A stretch of DNA of 64,000 nt from Phoronis australis. Its lineage: Eukaryota > Animalia > Phoronida. The notes under the pieces were generated by a model. It saw only the letters and a program-made list of their open reading frames with translations, was not told the origin of the DNA and did not search any database. This document shows positions 32,401-64,000 of this stretch, piece after piece (position 1 is the first letter of the stretch; every line of letters begins with the position of its first letter). The stretch spans positions 62,001-126,000 of the forward strand of contig NMRA01000606.1 of NCBI GenBank assembly GCA_002633005.1, read 5' to 3'. The translations under genes were made by a program, and so were the position numbers.

Positions 32401-34615
32401 CGTGTGAGCGCACTTCCGTGTCCGCGAAACTTGGCAGCAAAACCGACTTTACTTGCTGTTAGAAATGTAAAGTAGGAAAAACATCCCTACATGGCTATGT
32501 TTCAACAAAAAAAAATCATGTTTCCTCTCAAATCAGTGCGCTCCTCACCTGAATTGCATCTGTGCTTGATTGTTGTTGCCCGGACACGACGACTGGTGAA
32601 ATTTCCCTTGTAGTTAACATGCGTCACTTCGCCGGGAAAATATCATTTGGTCAATCGTCTTCAATTTTCAATTATTAGGCAAAACAAATTTTCAATCAAT
32701 ACATGTGCATCCGTTGTTTGAAATTTTTTCGCGATATAAAACGTAATAAAGGGGAGTGTAGTGAACTGTAGTCTATAAGCTGAATTGCGGCGATGGGAAG
32801 TTATTGCAGTGTTTGGAGCATGACGCTGTACTTTTTAATCTTTTTGCCACACGAATTTCATCCCTAATTAATGTGTTCATCCTGCACCGCGGAGCACAGA
32901 TGTACGCTCAGCTAAGGCGGTTGGGCTCCGCCGGGTAGTAGCTTAATATGCGAATGGGTGAATGGGGATTCTTCCTTGTACGTTAAACTCGTTGATACTT
33001 ATATTATACCATTTGGCACCATACCAAATTCTCTTTCTGAAGTTATATCCGCCACCAGTTGCTCCGTCGTTCATTGCTGGCCGTCAGTCGCTTGACTAAG
33101 TCGCCGGAGACCACTAAGTTTTCCCTGTCTAAATTAATTTAAATATTTTCGCAAGTTTAATGTCAGAATAGTCTAAGTGTATAGTAATGTAACTTAATTA
33201 TTTTGATATTGCTTGTTCGTTGTAACGTTTATGCTGTCTATCAGCGTTAATTACTCCCAGTAAAATACGGCCCGCCTAGTCGAATCGAATAGTCGCCATT
33301 GTTGTTAATTTGTTCCTTAATCAATCTCACTTCAGACTTAGCGGCAAATCTAAAATGGCGAGTATCAGTCAGCTCCAGTTCGAATTTTTCGCCAAAGGAT
33401 TTCGCCAGGATTAACCTGGAGGTGGTGATTGCTTCGTTATAACATTTTCTTCCAATCTAATGAGGGTTAAAACGTGCTATTTGGGATTTAACAGTCATTA
33501 CATTCTGTTGAGAACAATGGTTGCTATGGCAAAGGTTTACAACCTTCTAACCGTTGTTACAAAAAATCTCCAAAATTTAGTGCATCCGGTTCAAAATAAC
33601 CACTGTCGAATATTTCGCAAAACAACGACTGTTTGCACCAGAATTCAGTATTTAAAAATTTTCCTTGAACCGTACAAGTGGTGGTTACTATATGTGTAGC
33701 ATGCTATCTAGGATCTGCTGCTAAATGTTGGAAGGATTCATCTTAAATTATCAACTTTTAAACAAATAATAGCACACACATTGAAAGGAATTTGATGTTA
33801 AAAATGGTGATGATATTATTTAGTAAATTTCGAACTGCAGAAATTAATAATGTATTCATAATTAAAAAATTGTGAAATAACAGAAAAAAGTTCAATAAGA
33901 CGTTCACAACATCAGTAAACCAGGAATTCTAAGTCGTTGCAATACTAAAACTGATAACGTACAACGAATTTAGTCCGTTTTCACCAGGATCTTGATTACT
34001 ATTTTTATCACAGTTGACTTTTCAGTAACTCATGTAAATTTTATAATTTCACAGAGGTACCTTTGTTTTGTCGGCTGTAACAGAAATAAATGATTATTCG
34101 TTTATCCTCCAATTGTTGTGCAGATGCGCAATAGGCAAAGACTAAAGTGCAAAATTTGAAAACAAGAAAAATTCAACGATGCATTGAAACGGTGTCGAAC
34201 CCTTTAACAGTCCAAGACCCGATTTACTTCTGCACGCAAGTCTATCAGCTGGTCACAGCGGACTACGCGTATCGTTATAAAGTGCAGATTTCGAAGTTTC
34301 ATTTATATACGTTGTAATGACGTTCGATTGTTACGTAACATAGTAATTGTGTCTTAACATAAAAATAAAAACGAAATGATTTCCAAGCCAAGCGATTTTA
34401 CTCAACAGCATGATGAGATAAGAAAAGCCGCTACGCTACACGTTAACAATTGCTATAGAGCTGAACAACACGGTTATTATCGTATTCACATAAGATAATA
34501 CGCTGTTGCTTTAAAGGAACTCTTTTCTTTACGTTTACCAACTTAGAACACATGGTAAGTTTCATCAGTCATAAGATATCACTAAAATATAATAATTTCG
34601 TAACTTTCAGACCTG

Positions 34616-35016
34616 GGCCCGGTCTCCAATCTTTTTACTCGAAATGGAACTCGAAATTAGGTTTGGCATTTTCTACTCTACTTTTGGGCGAACTCAAGAT
34701 AAGTGTCTATTATTCTATGCTCGAGTACACAATAACTTACGTAGATAATTTATTGCCCTTAGTTCACAGTTTGTAAACCCAATATTAAAGCAATAAGTTC
34801 GAGTTTGAACTCGAAATTTCAAGTTTTTACTCGAGTTTGTAGCACGAATATAAGGGTCTTCAAGGGCAAACTTGAACTAGAAACTCCTATGCATAAACTA
34901 TAATGTATTCGAGCACAGTCTGATAACCAATTATCTTAAGTTCGCACAAAAGGAGCAGAGAAACTGCCAAAAATAGTTTCGAGTTCGTTTCGAGTACAAA
35001 GATTAGAGACCGGGCC
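34616..35016. mobile_element. PIF/Harbinger-like MITE, ~40-bp imperfect TIR, 3-bp TSD CTG
   Basis: CTG|GGCCCGGTCTCCAATCTTTTTACTCGAAA...TTTCGAGTACAAAGATTAGAGACCGGGCC|CTG; internal CTCGA(A/G) subrepeats. Confidence 0.8.
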
Positions 35017-37546
35017 CTGTTTGCGTTTGCCTCATTTTACAATTAATCTAAAAAAATGAAGTTGGCGGGGTTTCCATGGAAACCTCATTACGTATGTCGG
35101 CAGTTGAGTGAGTACCTATAAAGCATTTGTGTGTTTTCACTCACTGTGGAGGTAATTTAGATGGTAGTGTGCCACCATAAAATAAAGTTTAACTAAAGAA
35201 TTCATATTAAATTCTGTTAAGCTTGATAATATTTGGAGTTGTGTTGATTGAGCACTATTTGGGCTTAAACTTTTGACGACTGACCTAACTTGAATAACGA
35301 TACGCGTTAACAAGTTTTTTATGGAAATGAAGTGGAAAAAGTATCGTTAAATGTCTTGGAAACCAAAACTTGCAGTCGTTGTGTCAAACTCTACGAATAC
35401 TCAACTAAATAATGGGTAATCTGCACAGATGTTAAGGCACAGATAATTTGAGCGCACAAGTGACCATCCTTCTCTCAAACATTAACAACTTTATAGTTCC
35501 CTCGGGATCTATCCATATTTGTAAACATGATGTCTCGAATTCGCCCTCCTGAGTGCTTTTCTAGAATATTAATTATTCCGTGCAAAGTGCCCACAGAGAG
35601 CTTTATTTTACGTTCTGTAAGCCTAAACATACATGCGTATAAAGAAGTTTCTGCAAACAGAAGAGTGTCAATTTGCAGACTCAGTTTGGCACAGGAGAAA
35701 CGAAAGATTGAACAGATTTGCCAGTATACAGGTGTGTTTTCGTAGGAGAGTTTTTAACAGATCTTAGCAATTGAATGTCGTTGTATATGAGATGCATTGG
35801 ATATCTGTCCATGGTCAAGGTCAGTTGAAAAGCACACAACACACATTTTATACGTACTAACATAGAAAATAACAATAAAAAGGAACATTCACAATTCTCT
35901 ACAGGTGTTGGACATATAAAACATGTCAATACGAATGTCAGTGTGAATAGTAGGAAACACGTTTCTTCCGTTATGTTCATTCTTGCAACTACACTTTAGC
36001 AAATTTAAGCGAAGAATATGTGGTTAACTTTTGTAATCTTAGGCAGCAGTCAATTATAGTCACATCTCGGCTGAAACAGACAGCATATTATATTATCAAC
36101 AAGTGGTCGTTTCAAAAACTTCTTTGTTAGTTCGTGACTGGACTACTGCCTCAGCTTATGATGTTAACCCTGGCTGTTCCTTTTAACTCGCAGTAATATT
36201 CAGATACCGTGTATATAGTAAAACAATTTCACCTGTGTCTAGGGAACATATTTCAGCAACCCTCTTCCGCAAAGCAATTTCACATCTAAAACCAAATTTG
36301 TGCATATGCCTCTACGGTACTAAATTTTGTAATTAGAATCATTGTCATGCAAAACGTTACATAAACAAACACGTCTCGATAATCTGAACTCGGTATACAA
36401 ACAACTTAGACAATACCTAATTAAAAGCTGTGGATATACATAAAACAAAAACACACCACACTGTCAAGAGAAATGACATTAATTCAAAGGCAACTAAGAA
36501 GAATCTTAATTTAAAAGGCGTCGACCATTGCAGTGCTTGATAAAGACTGCGCAATTTGACTTGCAATTGATTTTTTTACAGATTGAGAATGACGTAACAT
36601 TGCAGCGTCTTAAAGTTTGTAATCCTGCTGTCAACCATCGTTACAAGTTGTCAAAATGATAAGAAAAATGTCTTCTATAACCTTTTTAAAAGCTCAAGCA
36701 AAGTCATTCATATGCGCATGATCAACTCAGCAATGAGTCATATTCAGTTTAGACCATTTTGAAATTTATCAAGAATAGCTCAACTTATTCATGCACAGCA
36801 TTAAACTGAAAGATCCCGAACACATGGAGCATTTTTGTGACCTCGTGTTAATTTAAGGCTACGAAAATAACCAAGGTGTTCCCGACGATATTGAACCAAC
36901 CTTCTGGAAACGATGAAAGTAGGCAGTAGTATTTGGAAATACATGGGCCCGACGTGGTTATCTGTGCAACGGGTGAAGATTTATATGGTTCTTGAAACGT
37001 TGAGAATCAAGTCTTTGCGTGTGTACAGTACAAAAACGTTTGCAAAAAAAAACAAATGAACTTGGTCAGCCGAATCGGATGCATGTTGTTCTCTTCGTTT
37101 TTCCACAAAAACCCACACTGATTCATACTACTAAGGAGTAAATTTTAAAAGTCCGACCTGTGACTGAGAACATGAACAGAAAACCGCGTCTTCGTGCTTT
37201 GTCCCATTACGTTGGACAAAAAGCTGTCGCAGGGTCTTGAATATGTTAAACATACCTGCAGTCCATGATAACCCTGTAGCTCCGATGACATCAGGAAAAA
37301 CCATCACACCTGGATCGGGTGACGTTAGCTTTAATTTACCATTGGCTTAAGACATCTATCCAGTCATATTAAGTTTCACTTAAGGTATAAAGAAAAGGAA
37401 ATTTCAGGGACCACAAAAAACACCTGGGCTTTCAAAACTGCCAGAATCATGACAAACGAGCTGAAGAGCTTTAATCGGTATTTCTGCGAAGATGTTGGTG
37501 CACCTCGGTCCGTGTCCTATTTCTATAAACCCACGTGTTTGGTGTT

Positions 37547-61840
<24,294 letters not shown>

Positions 61841-64000
61841 CTGAAATAAAGTAGAGGCATAATAAACACAACGATATTACATCTGAAATACTGAAGAAGT
61901 CACTGCCGTTGCCTGCATTCTGGGGACCTTACATGTACAAAGGGGTCAAAATGAGATATTAGAGGTACCGATTTAAAACGAAATATAATACCGCACAGAA
62001 CACCGATTGACTCATGACAGACAAATGGCATTCTGGAATGGGTCCAGCAGAAACCAAAAAAGCCCCCCCCAAAAAAAAAAACAATTCCATGTGATCCAAT
62101 ACATGTCACTGATCACTAAATGCCCCATAACAGACAATATATATACTCTGGGTTGTGCCCGCCAGAAAGCCCCCAAAATTTTGAGCTAGATTAGATATTC
62201 GAGGTACCCACTAAAACTAAACTCTCTCCTTGCTAAACATAAATAATAGCGTCACACTGACTGCTAATTGGGTGATGTCGGAAATTAAGCATTTTGGAAA
62301 AAACTTTGGGATACCAGGGACTGTCAAAAACAACCCATTAAGTGATGATTAAGATGAGCTATTGTAACTGTCTTGTTTTTCCATTTTAGTCGAGCGGGAA
62401 ATATGGCCATGTGGCAAGAGAAATTACAGTGTATAATACTATATGATAGTATGCCAATTTAGCCGTGCGTCAAAAAGTGAGACATTTAGATGGTGTTTTG
62501 GAATGGCGGGAAAATAAAAATATCGCCTTGTACAAAATTTTTGGAAGGAATTCACAAAACTACTTCAAAAGTGTCTCATCCAGCTTCCTAACTGTCTCTC
62601 TTACTCACGTGTTATTCTTGGACTTTATGAGACGCACGATTTTCTATATAACATTTTGTTTTTACATATACTTATGAGTAATATAGTGCTAATGCTAAAA
62701 ATTAATTGCATATAAAAACTGTGTACATGACAGCGTCTCTGCGAAATGGGGAAATTTAATTGTTTATGTGAACTCCATGTAGCAGTTGTTTACTTTATAC
62801 GAGATACGAGAACGGTCTCTCTTGAGGTGTGCATGCGTGAATGAATGAGTGTACTTATTTGTTTGTTTGCTTTTTTTGTACTTGTTTGTAAATGATAATA
62901 AACACCTGGGAAAAAATGGCACGGTCCGTAAAGAGCCTGCCAATTGGAAAATACACAGTGCGCTAAAACTATTCTCCAGAGTTGCAGGCTGTAACTCTGC
63001 AAATGTCAGAGAAAAGCAATTGGGGGTACTAACAACAATTATTGTTGAGACAGTTAATGCTAGCTATTACCTTTCCACTTCATTAGCACAGATCAACATC
63101 AATACAAAGGGCGTGCTGAATAGTCATTGTAAATGTTGTCTGGGGCTAAAGGAATCTGAGTGGTGAAAAGTGTAAGCGAAAAATTCTCCACATGAATATT
63201 TGGAAGTGGGATGTAGAATGGTCTGGCTGTGATGATAGCATTCAGTGCTGAGTCTAACAACATATCCCCCCTCCCTGCTCTATCCACACTTTTCAATTTA
63301 ACATATGGATCACACTGTTTTGTGCATACACTGTCTCAAGAACTTGAAAGCTGTTGCCTGACATTACGTATCCAATAAATCCCAGAAAGCTCATCTCAGT
63401 ATGAATGAAATCCGCTAAAAACAAGTGACTGCAGGTCACTGTCGTTTGGTTTGTTGGCACGAATTTCCTCTCAAATCAGTTACCTGTGATCATAAAAAGC
63501 ATGCATATTACACCCATTTTCAGTACTAAATGCTTTAACTGTTAACTTTTTGTTACAGAAATTTATTTATTTTTCATCAAATTCAGGTGAAATCAGCTGC
63601 CAAATTCTCCACTCATCTCAGTAGCAGACGAAATCTTTGCATGGGAACAACTGATAGCAGAGAGTAAAGCTACTTCTTGCCCAATGTGACTCAGGGTTTG
63701 TGTACTGAATAAGCCAATAATTACATCAGAATTATATATTCTTCTAACAAATATTATTTTGATGCCTCAAATGAATATATTTTACAGAAAAATAGTTGAG
63801 TGTGTGAAATTCCTTATGAAAATTTAACTACAACGTTTTCTGAAAAACACCACATTTTACGTTAAATAACCTAAAATGTGACTAAAATTCCACATTTAGT
63901 ACCTAAAACTTTATAATGTATCAACTCATTAGGCTTAACAGTAGATTGTAAAATGCTTTTGTGTAAATGCTTCTCAGGTTACAAACAAAGTTTGCAGAAT

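Overview
AT-rich, intron-containing DNA from an invertebrate animal, with no prokaryotic features. The window holds two paralogous, convergently oriented multi-exon genes. Gene A is on the + strand (CDS 8662-29444, 10 exons, about 2296 aa by my splice model). Gene B is on the - strand (9 exons visible at 61840-37547; its first coding exon is probably beyond the window end). Both encode the same architecture: 3 PARP14/PARP10/NMI-type RRM-like domains, a PARP14/DTX3L-type KH-like array, 3 more RRM-like domains, a stonustoxin (SNTX)-type MACPF/CDC domain, helical (FAT-like) and thioredoxin-like domains, a Cys/His module, an AIG1/GIMAP/septin-like P-loop GTPase, a second Cys/His module, a coiled coil and a low-complexity tail. 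No macro, WWE, ART or RING domain is visible. The RRM-to-MACPF junction lies inside one 173-nt exon conserved in both genes, so the fusion does not depend on my exon joining. I infer a candidate RNA-sensing, GTPase-coupled pore-forming-family immune effector pair. Introns and flanks carry MITEs (one family with 5-bp TSDs, others with CWG TSDs), a tRNA-derived SINE, a Penelope remnant with a degenerate hammerhead, a Kolobok-like remnant, palindromes and satellites. Two ~1.8-kb tandem duplications joined by single Ns are probably haplotype-overlap assembly artefacts. Domain assignments come from recalled motifs, not database searches.
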